Source: Eledone cirrhosa
Lineage: Eukaryota
Direction: 5' to 3'
Assembly: GCA_964016885.1 (NCBI GenBank)
Contig: OZ024743.1
Span: forward strand, 321,718,001 to 321,782,000
Length of the DNA: 64,000 bases
This document shows positions 14,601 to 28,100 of the stretch, one piece after another (positions within the stretch are counted from its first letter, which is position 1; each line of letters opens with the position of its first letter). Below the pieces are notes generated by a model. The model had not been told where the DNA came from, made no database searches, and worked only from the letters and a program-made list of their open reading frames with translations. The position numbers and the translations under genes are program-made.

Positions 14601-17600
14601 TCACACGGCAATATTGTGTTGACGTGGAGCCATGCAGCAACATTCTGCTGGAGTGGAGCTACACAGCAACATTGTGCTGAAGTGGAGCTACACAGCAACA
14701 TTGTGCTGAAGTGGAGTCACACAGCAACATTGTGTTGAAGTGGAGGTACACAGCAACATTGTGCTGAAGTGGAGTCACACAGCAACATTGTGTTGAAGTG
14801 GAGTCACACGGCAATATTGTGTTGACGTGGAGCCATGCAGCAACATTCTGCTGGAGTGGAGCTACACAGCAACATTGTGCTGAAGTGGAGTCACACAGCA
14901 ACATTGTGTTGAAGTGGAGTCACACGGCAATATTGTGTTGACGTGGAGCCATGCAGCAACATTCTGCTGGAGTGGAGCTACACAGCAACATTGTGCTGAA
15001 GTGGAGCTACACAGCAACATTGTGCTGAAGTGGAGTCACACAGCAACATTGTGTTGAAGTGGAGCCACACGGCAACATTGTGTTGAAGGTGAGCCACACA
15101 GCAACATTGTGTAGAAGTGGACCCACACAGCAACATTGTGTTGAAGTGGAGCCACACAGCAACATTGTGCTGAAGTGGAGCCACACAGCAACATTGTGTT
15201 GAAGTGGAGCCACACAGCAACATTGTGCTGAGGTCGAGCCAAATAGCAACATTGTGTTGAAGTGGACCCACACAGCAATATTGTGTTGAAGTGGAGCGAC
15301 ATAGCAACATTGTGCTGAAGTGGAGCCACACAGCAACATTGTGTTGAAGTGGAGCCACATAGCAACATTGTGCTGAAGTGGAGCCACACAGCAACATTGT
15401 GTTGAAGTGGAGCCACACAGCAACATTTTGCTGAAGTGGAGCCACATAGCAACATTTTGTTGAAGTGGAACCACACAGCAACAATTTGTTGAAGTGGAGT
15501 CACACAGCAACATTGTGTTGAAGTGGAGCTACACAGCAACATTGTGCTGAAGTGGAACCACACAGCAACGTTGTGTTGAAGTGGTGCCACACAGCAACAT
15601 TGTGTTGAAGTGGACCCACACAGCAACATTGTGCTGAAGTGGAACCACACAGCAACATTGTGCTGAAGTGGAACCACACAGCAACATTGTGTTGAAGTGG
15701 ATCCACACAGCAACATTGTGCTGAAGTGGAGCCACACAGCAAGATTGTGTTGAAGTGGAGCCACACAGCATCATTGTGCTGAAGTGGAGCCACATGGCAT
15801 CATTGTGTTGAATTGGAGCCACATGGCATCATTGTGTTGAAGTGGAGCCACACAGCAACATTGTGCTGAAATGGAGCCACATAGCAACATTGTGTTGAAG
15901 TGGAGCCACACAGCAATATTGTGTTGAAGTGGAGCGACATAGCAACATTGTGCTGAAGTGGAGCCACATAGCAACATTGTGCTGAATTGGAGCCACCCAG
16001 CAACATTGTTTTGAAGTGCAGCCACACAGCAACATTGTGCTGAAGTGGAGCCACATGGCAACATTGTGTTGAAGTGGAGCCACACAGCAACATTGTGCTG
16101 AAGTGAAACCACACAGCAACATTGTGTTGAAGTGGAGCCACACAATAAACATGGTGTTGAAGTGGAGCCACACAGCAACATTGTGTTGACGTGGAGCCAC
16201 TTAGCAATATTGTGTTGAAGTGGATCGACATAGCAACATTGTGCTGAAGTGGATCGACATAGCAACGTTGTGCTGAAGTGGAGCCAAATAGCAACATTGT
16301 GCTGAAGTGGAGCCACACAGCAACATTGTGTTGAAGTGGAGCCACACAGCAACATTGTGCTGAAGTGGAGCCACACAGCAACATTGTGCTGAAGTGGGGC
16401 CACACAGCAACATTGTGATGAAGTGGAGCCACACAGCAACATTTTGCTGAAGGGGAGCTACACAGCAACATTGTGTTGAAGTGGAGCCACACAGCAACAT
16501 TGTGCTGAAGTGGACCCACACAGCAATATTGTGTTAAAGTAGAGCCACACAGCAACATTGTGTTGAAGTGGATCCACATAGCAACATTGTGTTGAAGTAG
16601 AGCCATATAGCAACATTGTGTTGAAGTGGAGCCACACAGCAACATTGTGTTGAAGTGGAGCTACACAGCAACATTGTGCTGAAGTAGAGCCACACAGCAA
16701 CATCGTGTTGAAGTGGAATCACACAGCAACATTGTGTTGAGGTGGAGCGACATAGCAACATTGTGCTGAAGTGGAGTCACACAGCAACATTGTGTTGAAG
16801 TGGAGCCACACAGCAACATTGTGCTGAAGTGGAACCACATAGCAACATTGTCCTGAAGTGGAGCCACACAGCAACATTGTGTTGAAGTGGAACCACACAG
16901 CAACATCGTGTTGAAGTGGAACCACACAGCAATATTGTGTTGAAGTGGAGCCACACAGCAACATTGTGTTGAAGTGGAGCCACACAGCAACATTATGTTG
17001 AAGTGGGGCCACACAGCGCAAAATTGTGTTTAAGTAGAGCCACATAGCAGCATTGTCCTGAAGTGGAACCACACAGCAACATTGTGCTGAAGTGGAGCTA
17101 CACAGCAACATTGTGTTGAAGTGGAGCTACACAGCAACGTTGTGCTGAAATGGAGCTACACAGCAACATTGTGCTGAAGTGGAGCTACACAGCAACATTG
17201 TGCTGAAGTGGAGCTACACAGCAACATTGTGCTGAAGTGGAGCTACACAGCAACATTGTGCTGAAGTGGAATCACACAGCAACATTGTGTTGAAGTGGAG
17301 TCACACGGCAATATTGTGTTGACGTGGAGCCATGCAGCAACATTCTGCTGGAGTGGAGCTACACAGCAACATTGTGCTGAAGTGGAGCTACACAGGAACA
17401 TTGTGCTGAAGTGGAGTCACACAGCAACATTGTGTTGAAGTGGAGGTACACAGCAACATTATGCTGAAGTGGAACCACAGAGCAACATTGTGTTGAAGTG
17501 GAGCCACACAGCAACATTGTGTTGAAGGGAAGCCACACAGCAACATTGTGTTGGAGTGGACCCACACAGCAACATTGTGTTGAAGTGGAGCCACACAGCA

Positions 17601-20600
17601 ACATTGTGCTGAAGTGGAGCCACACAGCAACATTGTGTTGAAGTGGAGCCACACAGCAACATTGTGCTGAGGTCGAGCCACATAGCAACATTGTGTTGAA
17701 GTGGTGCCACACAGCAATATTGTGTTGAAGTGGAGCGACATAGCAACATTGTGCTGAAGTGGAGCCACACAGCAACATTGTGTTTAAGTGGAGCCACATA
17801 GCAACATTGTGCTGAAGTGGAGCCACACAGCAACATTGTGATGAAGTGGACCCACACAGCAACATTGTGCTGAAGTGGAGCCACATAGCAACATTTTGTT
17901 GAAGTGGAACCACACAGCAACATTGTGTTGAAGTGGAGCCACACAGCAATATTGTGTTGAAGTGGAGCCACACAGCAAAATTGTGTTGAAGTGGACCCAC
18001 ACAGCAACATTGTGTTGAAGTGGAGCCACACAGCGCAACATTGTGTTGAAGTAGAGCCACATAGCAGCATTGTCCTGAAGTGGAACCACACAGCAACATT
18101 AGTGCTGAAGTGGAGCCACATAGCAACATTGTCCTGTAGTGGAACCACATAGCAACATTGTCCTGAAGTGGAGCTACACAGCAACATTGTGCTGAAGAGG
18201 AGCTACACAGCAACATTGTGTTGAAGTGGAGCAACATAGCAACATTGTGTTGAAATGGAGCCACACAGCAATATTGTGTTGAAGTGGAGCGACATAGCAA
18301 CATTGTGCTGAAGTGGAGCCACATAGCAACATTGTGCTGAAGTGGAGCCACACAGCAACATTGTGTTGAAGTGGAGCCACACAGCAACATTGTGCTGAAG
18401 TGGAGCCACATAGCAACATTGTCCTGAAGTGGAGCCACACAGCAACATTGTGTTGAAGTGGAACCACACATCAACATCGTGTTGAAGTGGAGCCACACAG
18501 CAATATTGTGTTGAAGTGGAGCTACACAGCAACATTGTGCTGAAGTGGAACCACACAGCAACGTTGTGTTGAAGTGGTGCCACACAGCAACATTGTGTTG
18601 AAGTGGACCCACACAGCAACATTGTGCTGAAGTGGAACCACACAGCAACATTGTGTTGAAGTGGAACCACACAGCAACATTGTGCTGAAGTGGAGCCACA
18701 CAGCAAGATTGTGTTGAAGTGGAGCCACACAGCATCATTGTGCTGAAGTGGAGCCACATGGCATCATTGTGTTGAATTGGAGCCACTTGGCATCATTGTG
18801 TTGAAGTGGAGCCACACAGCAACATTGTGCTGAAGTGGAGCCACACAGCAACATTGTGCTGAAATGGAGCCACATAGCAACATTGTGTTGAAGTGGAGCC
18901 ACACAGCAATATTGTGTTGAAGTGGAGCGACATAGCAACATTGTGCTGAAGTGGAGCCACATAGCAACATTGTGCTGAAGTGGAGCCACATAGCAACATT
19001 GTGCTGAATTGGAGCCACACAGCAACATTGTGTTGAAGTGCAGCCACACAGCAACATTGTGCTGAAGTGGAGCCACATAGCAACATTGTGTTGAAGTGGA
19101 GCCACACAGCAACATTGTGCTGAAGTGAAACCACACAGCAACATTGTGTTGAAGTGGAGCCACACAATAAACATGGTGTTGAAGTGGAGCCACACAGCAA
19201 CATCGTGTTGACGTGGAGCCACTTAGCAATATTGTGTTGAAGTGGATCGACATAGCAACATTGTGCTGAAGTGGATCGACATAGCAACGTTGTGCTGAAG
19301 TGGAGCCAAATAGCAACATTGTGCTGAAGTGGAGCCACACAGCAACATTGTGCTGAAGGGGAGCTACACAGCAACATTGTGTTGAAGTGGAGCCACACAG
19401 CAACATTGTGCTGAAGTGGACCCACACAGCAATATTGTGTTGAAGTGGAGCCACACAGCAACATTGTGTTAAAGTAGAGCCACACAGCAACATTGTGTTG
19501 AAGTGGATCCAATTAGCAACATTGTGTTGAAGTAGAGCCATATAGCAACATTGTGTTGAAGTGGAGCCACACAGCAACATTGTGTTGAAGTGGAGCTACA
19601 CAGCAACATTGTGCTGAAGTAGAGCCACATAGCAAGATTGTGTTGAAGTGGAATCACACAGCAACATTGTGTTGAGGTGGAGCGACATAGCAACATTGTG
19701 CTGAAGTGGAGTCACACAGCAACATTGTGTTGAAGTGGAGCCACACAGCAACATTGTGCTGAAGTGGAACCACATAGCAACATTGTCCTGAAGTGGAGGC
19801 CACACAGCAACATTGTGTTGAAGTGGAACCACACAGCAACATCGTTTTGAAGTGGAACCACACAGCAATATTGTGTTGAAGTGGAGCCACACAGCAACAT
19901 TGTGTTGAAGTGGAGCCACACAGCAACATTGTGTTGAAGTGGAGCCACACAGCGCAAAATTGTGTTTAAGTAGAGCCACATAGCAGCATTGTCCTGAAGT
20001 GGAACCACACAGCAACATTGTGCTGAAGTGGAGCTACACAGCAACATTGTGCTGAAATGGAGCTACACAGCAACATTGTGCTGAAGTGGAGCTACACAGC
20101 AACATTGTGCTGAAGTGGAGCTACACAGCAACATTGTGCTGAAGTGGAGCTACACAGCAACATTGTGCTGAAGTGGAGTTACACAGCAACATTGTGTTGA
20201 AGTGGAGTCACACGGCAATATTGTGTTGACGTGGAGCCATGCAGCAACATTCTGCTGGAGTGGAGCTACACAGCAACATTGTGCTGAAGTGGAGCTACAC
20301 AGCAACATTGTGCTGAAGTGGAGTCACACAGCAACATTGTGTTGAAGTGGAGTCACACAGCGCAACATTGTGTTGAAGTAGAGCCACATAGCAGCATTGT
20401 CCTGAAGTGGAACCACACAGCAACATTAGTGCTGAAGTGGAGCCACATAGCAACATTGTCCTGTAGTGGAACCACATAGCAACATTGTCCTGAAGTGGAG
20501 CTACACAGCAACATTGTGCTGAAGAGGAGCTACACAGCAACATTGTGTTGAAGTGGAGCAACATAGCAACATTGTGTTGAAATGGAGCCACACAGCAATA

Positions 20601-20950
20601 TTGTGTTGAAGTGGAGCGACATAGCAACATTGTGCTGAAGTGGAGCCACATAGCAACATTGTGCTGAAGTGGAGCCACACAGCAACATTGTGTTGAAGTG
20701 GAGCCACACAGCAACATTGTGCTGAAGTGGAGCCACATAGCAACATTGTCCTGAAGTGGAGCCACACAGCAACATTGTGTTGAAGTGGAACCACACATCA
20801 ACATCGTGTTGAAGTGGAGCCACACAGCAATATTGTGTTGAAGTGGAGCCACACAGCAACATTGTGTTGAAGTGGAGCCACACAGCAACATTGTGCTGAA
20901 GTGGAGCTACACAGCAACATTGTGCTGAAGTGGAGTCACACAGCAACATT
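11650..20950. repeat. Sub-domain B: variant-rich region with an irregular higher-order unit present four times (spacings 1422, 2585, 3022 bp)
   Basis: The private 30-bp monomer ccacacaataaacatggtgtt occurs at 12131, 13553, 16138 and 19160, with linked markers gccacttagc, ggatcgacatag and gccaaatag. 1422=49x29+1. The gtgctg and catag variants are visibly enriched. Confidence 0.85.
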
Positions 20951-23900
20951 GTGTTGAAGTGGAGTCACACAGCAATATTGTGTTGACGTGGAACCACACA
21001 GCAACATTGTGTTGAAGTGGAGCTACACAGCAACATTGTGCTGGAGTGGAGCTACACAGCAACATTGTGCTGAAGTGGAGTCACACAGCAACATTGTGTT
21101 GAAGTGGAGCTACACAGCAACATTGTGTTGAAGTGGAGCCACACAGCAACATTGTGTTGAAATGGTGCCACACAGCAACATTGTGTTGAAGTGGAACGAC
21201 ACAGCAACATTGTGCTGAAGTGGAACCACACAGCAACATTGCGCTTAAGTGGAGCCACAGAGCAACATTGTGTTAAAGTGGAGCCACAGAGCAACATTGT
21301 GTTGAAGTGGAGCCACATAGCAACATTGTGTTGAAGTGGACCCACACAGCAACATTGTGTTGAAGTGGAGCCACACAGCAACATTGTGTTGAAGTGGAGC
21401 CACACAGCAACATTGTGCTGAAGTGGAGCCACATTGCAACATTGTCCTGAAGTCGAGCCACACAGCAACATTGTGTTGAAGTGGAACCACACAGCAACAT
21501 TGTGTTGAAGTGGACCCACACAGCAATATTGTGTTGAAGTGGAGCCACACAGCAACATTGTGTTGAAGTGGACCCACACAGCAACATTGAGTTGAAGTGG
21601 GGCCACACAGCGCAACATTGTGTTGAAGTAGAGCCACATAGCAGCATTGTCCTGAAGTGGAACCACACAGCAACATTAGTGCTGAAGTGGAGCCACATAG
21701 CAACATTGTCCTGAAGTGGAGCCACATAGCAGCATTGTCCTGAAGTGGAGCTACACAGCAACATTGTGCTGAAGTGGAGCTTCACAGCAACATTGTGCTG
21801 AAGTGGAGCTTCACAGCAACATTGTGCTGAAGTGGAGTCACACAGCAACATTGTGTTGAAGTGGTGTCACACAGCAACATTGTGCTGAAATCGACCCACA
21901 CACCAACATTGTGCTGAAGTGGAGCCACACAGCAACATTGTGTCGAAGTGGAGCGACACAGCAACATTGTGTTGAAGGGGAGCCACACAGCAACATTGTG
22001 TTGAAGGGGAGCCACACAGCAACATTGTGTTGAAGTGGAGTCACACAGCAACATTGTGTTGAAGTGGAGCTTCACAGCAACGTTGTGCTGAAGTGGAGTC
22101 AGACAGCAACATTGTGTTGAAGTGGTGCCACACAGCAACATTTGCTGAAATCGACCCACACACCAACATTGTGCTGAAGTGGAGCCACACAGCAACATTG
22201 TGTTGAAGTGGACCCACACAGCAACATTGTGATGAAGTGGACCCACACAGCAACATTGTGTTGAAGTGGAGCCACACAGCAACATTGTGTTGAAGTGGAG
22301 CCACACAGCAACATTGTGTTGAGGTGGAGTCACACAGCAACATTGTGCTGAAGTGGATCCACACAGCAACATTGTGTTGAAGTGGAGCCACACAACAACA
22401 TTGTGTTGAAGTGGAGCTACACAGCAACATTGTGTTGAAGTGGAGACACACAGCAACATTGTGTTGAAGGGGAGCCACACAGCAACATTGTGTTGAAGTG
22501 GAGCCACACAGCAACATCGTGTTGAAGTGGAGCGACACAGCAACATTGTGATGAAGGGGAGCCACACAGCAACATTGTGTTGAAGTGGAGCCACACAGCG
22601 ACATTGTGTTGAAGTGGAGCCACATAGCAACATTGTGTTGAAGTGGAGACACACAGCAACATTGTGTTGAAGTGGAGCCACACAGCAACATTGTGCTGAA
22701 GGGGAGCCACACAGCAACATTGTGTTGAAGTGGGGCCACACAGCAACATTGTGTTGAAGTGGACCCACATAGCGACATTGTGTTGAAGGGGATCCACACA
22801 GCAACATTGTGTTGAAGTGGAGCCACACAGGAATATCGTGTTGAAGTGGAGCCACACAGCAACATTGTTTGTAAGTGGACCCACACAGCAACGTTGTGTT
22901 GAAGTGGATCCACACAGCGCAACATGGTGTTGAAGTAGAGCCACATAGCAGCATTGTCCTGAAGTGGAACCACACAGCAACATTAGTGCTGAAATGGAGC
23001 CACATAGCAACATTGTCATGAAGTGGAGCCACATAGCAACATTGTCCTGAAGTGGAGCTACACAGCAACATTGTGCTGAAGTGGAGCTACACAGCAACAT
23101 TGTGCTGAAGTGGAGTCACACAGCAACATTGTGTTGAAGTAGAGCTTCACAGCAACATTGTGCTGAAGTGTAGCCACACAGCGACATTGTGTTGAAATGG
23201 TGCTACACAGCAACATTGTGCTGAAGTGGACCCACACACCAACGTTGTGCTGAAGTGGAGCCACACAGCAACATTGTGCTGAAGTGGAACCACACAGCAA
23301 CATTGTGTTGAAGGTGAGCCACACAGCAACATTGTGCTGAAGGGGAGCCACACAGCAACATTGTGTTGAAGTGGGCCACACAGCAACATTGTGTTGAAGT
23401 GGACCCACATAGCGACATTGTGTTGAAGGGGATCCACACAGCAACATTGTGTTGAAGTGGAGCCACACAGCAATATCGTGTTGAAGTGGAGCCACACAGC
23501 AACATTGTTTGTAAGTGGACCCACACAGCAACGTTGTGTTGAAGTGGAGCCACACAGCGCAACATGGTGTTGAAGTAGAGCCACATAGCAGCATTGTCCT
23601 GAAGTGGAACCACACAGCAACATTAGTGCTGAAATGGAGCCACATAGCAACATTGTCATGAAGTGGAGCCACATAGCAACATTGTCCTGACGTGGAGCTA
23701 CACAGCAACATTGTGCTGAAGTGGAGCTACACAGCAACATTGTGCTGAAGTGGAGTCACACAGCAACATTGTGTTGAAGTAGAGCTTCACAGCAACATTG
23801 TGCTGAAGTGTAGCCACACAGCGACATTGCGTTGAAATGGTGCTACACAGCAACATTGTGCTGAAGTGGACCCACACACCAACATTGTGCTGAAGTGGAG

Positions 23901-26900
23901 CCACACAGCAACATTGTGCTGAAGTGGAACCACACAGCAACATTGTGTTGAAGGGGAGCCACACAGCAACATTGTGTTGAAGTGGAGCCACACAGCAACA
24001 TTGTGCTGAAGTGGAGCCACACAGCAACATTGTGTTGAAGTGGAGCCACACAGCAACATTGTGCTGAAGTGGTGCCACACAGCAACATTGTGTTGAAGTG
24101 GAGCCACACAGCAACATTGCGTTCAAGTGGAGCCACACTGCAACATTGTGTTGAAGTGGATACACACAGCAACATTGTGTTAAAGTGGAGCCACAGAGCA
24201 ACATTGTGTTGAAGTGGAGCCACATAGCAACATTGTGTTGAAGTGGACCCACACAGCAACATTGTGTTGAAGTGGAGCCACACAGCAACATTGTGTTGAA
24301 GTGGAGCCACACAGCAACATTGTGCTGAAGTGGAGCCACATTGCAACATTGTCCTGAAGTCGAGCCACACAGCAACATTGTGTTGAAGTGGAACCACACA
24401 GCAACATTGTGTTGAAGTGGAGCCACACAGCAACATTGTGTTGAAGTGGACCCACACAGCAACATTGAGTTGAAGTGGGGCCACACAGCGCAACATTGTG
24501 TTGAAGTAGAGCCACATAGCAGCATTGTCCTGAAGTGGAACCACACAGCAACATTAGTGCTGAAGTGGAGCCACATAGCAACATTGTCCTGAAGTGGAGC
24601 CACATAGCAGCATTGTCCTGAAGTGGAGCTACACAGCAACATTGTGCTGAAGTGGAGCTTCACAGCAACATTGTGCTGAAGTGGAGCTTCACAGCAACAT
24701 TGTGCTGAAGTGGAGTCACACAGCAACATTGTGTTGAAGTGGTGTCACACAGCAACATTGTGCTGAAATCGACCCACACACCAACATTGTGCTGAAGTGG
24801 AGCCACACAGCAACATTGTGTCGAAGTGGAGCCACACAGCAACATTGTGTCGAAGTGGAGCCACACAGCAACATTGTGTTGAAGGGGAGCCACACAGCAA
24901 CATTGTGTTGAAGGGGAGCCACACAGCAACATTGTGTTGAAGTGGAGTCACACAGCAACATTGTGTTGAAGTGGAGCTTCACAGCAACATTGTGCTGAAG
25001 TGGAGTCAGACAGCAACATTGTGCTGAAGTGGTGCCACACAGCAACATTTGCTGAAATCGACCCACACACCAACATTGTGCTGAAGTGGAGCCACACAGC
25101 AACATTGTGTTGAAGTGGACCCACACAGCAACATTGTGATGAAGTGGACCCACACAGCAACATTGTGTTGAAGTGGAGCCACACAGCAACATTGTGTTGA
25201 AGTGGAGCCACACAGCAACATTGTGTTGAGGTGGAGTCACACAGCAACATTGTGCTGAAGTGGAGCCACACAGCAACATTGTGTTGAAGTGGAGCCACAC
25301 AACAACATTGTGTTGAAGTGGAGCTACACAGCAACATTGTGTTGAAGTGGAGACACACAGCAACATTGTGTTGAAGGGGAGCCACACAGCAACATTGTGT
25401 TGAAGTGGAGCCACACAGCAACATCGTGTTGAAGTGGAACGACACAGCAACATTGTGATGAAGGGGAGCCACACAGCAACATTGTGTTGAAGTGGAGCCA
25501 CACAGCGACATTGTGTTGAAGTGGAGCCACATAGCAACATTGTGTTGAAGTGGAGACACACAGCAACATTGTGTTGAAGTGGAGCCACACAGCATCATTG
25601 TGTTGAAGTGGGGCCACACAGCAACATTGTGTTGAAGTGGACCCACATAGCGACATTGTGTTGAAGGGAATCCACACAGCAACATTGTGTTGAAGTGGAG
25701 CCACACAGCAATATCGTGTTGAAGTGGAGCCACACAGCAACATTGTTTGTAAGTGGACCCACACAGCAACGTTGTGTTGAAGTGGAGCCACACAGCGCAA
25801 CATGGTGTTGAAGTAGAGCCACATAGCAGCATTGTCCTGAAGTGGAACCACACAGCAACATTAGTGCTGAAATGGAGCCACATAGCAACATTGTCATGAA
25901 GTGGAGCCACATAGCAACATTGTCCTGAAGTGGAGCTACACAGCAACATTGTGCTGAAGTGGAGCTACACAGCAACATTGTGCTGAAGTGGAGTCACACA
26001 GCAACATTGTGTTGAAGTAGAGCATCACAGCAACATTGTGCTGAAGTGTAGCCACACAGCGACATTGTGTTGAAATGGTGCTACACAGCAACATTGTGCT
26101 GAAGTGGACCCACACACCAACATTGTGCTGAAGTGGAGCCACACAGCAACATTGTGCTGAAGTGGAACCACACAGCAACATTGTGTTGAAGGGGAGCCAC
26201 ACAGCAACATTGTGTTGAAGTGGAGCCACACAGCAACATTGTGCTGAAGTGGAGCCACACAGCAACATTGTGTTGAAGTGGAGCCACACAGCAACATTGT
26301 GCTGAAGTGGTGCCACACAGCAACATTGTGTTGAACTGGAGCCACACAGCAACATTGCGTTCAAGTGGAGCCACACAGCAACATTGTGTTGAAGTGGATA
26401 CACACAGCAACATTGTGTTGAAGTGGTGTCACACAGCAACATTGTGCTGAAATCGACCCACACACCAACATTGTGCTGAAGTGGAGCCACACAGCAACAT
26501 TGTGTCGAAGTGGAGCCACACAGCAACATTGTGTTGAAGGGGAGCCACACAGCAACATTGTGTTGAAGGGGAGCCACACAGCAACATTGTGTTGAAGTGG
26601 AGTCACACAGCAACATTGTGTTGAAGTGGAGCTTCACAGCAACATTGTGCTGAAGTGGAGTCAGACAGCAACATTGTGTTGAAGTGGTGCCACACAGCAA
26701 CATTTGCTGAAATCGACCCACACACCAACATTGTGCTGAAGTGGAGCCACACAGCAACATTGTGTTGAAGTGGACCCACACAGCAACATTGTGATGAAGT
26801 GGACACACACAGCAACATTGTGTTGAAGTGGAGCCACACAGCAACATTGTGTTGAAGTGGAGTCACACAGCAACATTGTGTTGAGGTGGAGTCACACAGC

Positions 26901-28100
26901 AACATTGTGCTGAAGTGGAGCCACACAGCAACATTGTGTTGAAGTGGAGCCACACAACAACATTGTGTTGAAGTGGAGCTACACAGCAACATTGTGTTGA
27001 AGTGGAGACACACAGCAACATTGTGTTGAAGGGGAGCCACACAGCAACATTGTGTTGAAGTGGAGCCACACAGCAACATCGTGTTGAAGTGGAGCGACAC
27101 AGCAACATTGTGATGAAGGGGAGCCACACAGCAACATTGTGTTGAAGTGGAGCCACACAGCGACATTGTGTTGAAGTGGAGCCACATAGCAACATTGTGT
27201 TGAAGTGGAGACACACAGCAACATTGTGTTGAAGTGGAGCCACACAGCAACATTGTGCTGAAGGGGAGCCACACAGCAACATTGTGTTGAAGTGGGGCCA
27301 CACAGCAACATTGTGTTGAAGTGGACCCACATAGCGACATTGTGTTGAAGGGGATCCACACAGCAACATTGTGTTGAAGTGGAGCCACACAGCAATATCG
27401 TGTTGAATTGGAGCCACACAGCAACATTGTTTGTAAGTGGACCCACACAGCAACGTTGTGTTGAAGTGGAGCCACACAGCGCAACATGGTGTTGAAGTAG
27501 AGCCACATAGCAGCATTGTCCTGAAGTGGAACCACACAGCAACATTAGTGCTGAAATGGAGCCACATAGCAACATTGTCATGAAGTGGAGCCACATAGCA
27601 ACATTGTCCTGAAGTGGAGCTACACAGCAACATTGTGCTGAAGTGGAGCTACACAACAACATTGTGCTGAAGTGGAGTCACACAGCAACATTGTGTTGAA
27701 GTAGAGCTTCACAGCAACATTGTGCTGAAGTGTAGCCACACAGCGACATTGTGTTGAAATGGTGCTACACAGCAACATTGTGCTGAAGTGGACCCACACA
27801 CCAACATTGTGCTGAAGTGGAGCCACACAGCAACATTGTGCTGAAGTGGAACCACACAGCAACATTGTGTTGAAGGGGAGCCACACAGCAACATTGTGTT
27901 GAAGTGGAGCCACACAGCAACATTGTGCTGAAGTGGAGCCACACAGCAACATTGTGTTGAAGTGGAGCCACACAGCAACATTGTGCTGAAGTGGTGCCAC
28001 ACAGCAACATTGTGTTGAAGTGGAGCCACACAGCAACATTGCGTTCAAGTGGAGCCACACAGCAACATTGTGTTGAAGTGGATACACACAGCAACATTGT
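20950..28100. repeat. Sub-domain C: higher-order repeats with offsets of 640, 1684, 2878 and 4562 bp
   Basis: Private markers gagcttcacag, gtttgtaag, gtcatgaag and catttgctgaaatcgaccc. ORF ends at 22973, 23613, 25851, 27535 and 21851/24729 give the offsets. Confidence 0.8.
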
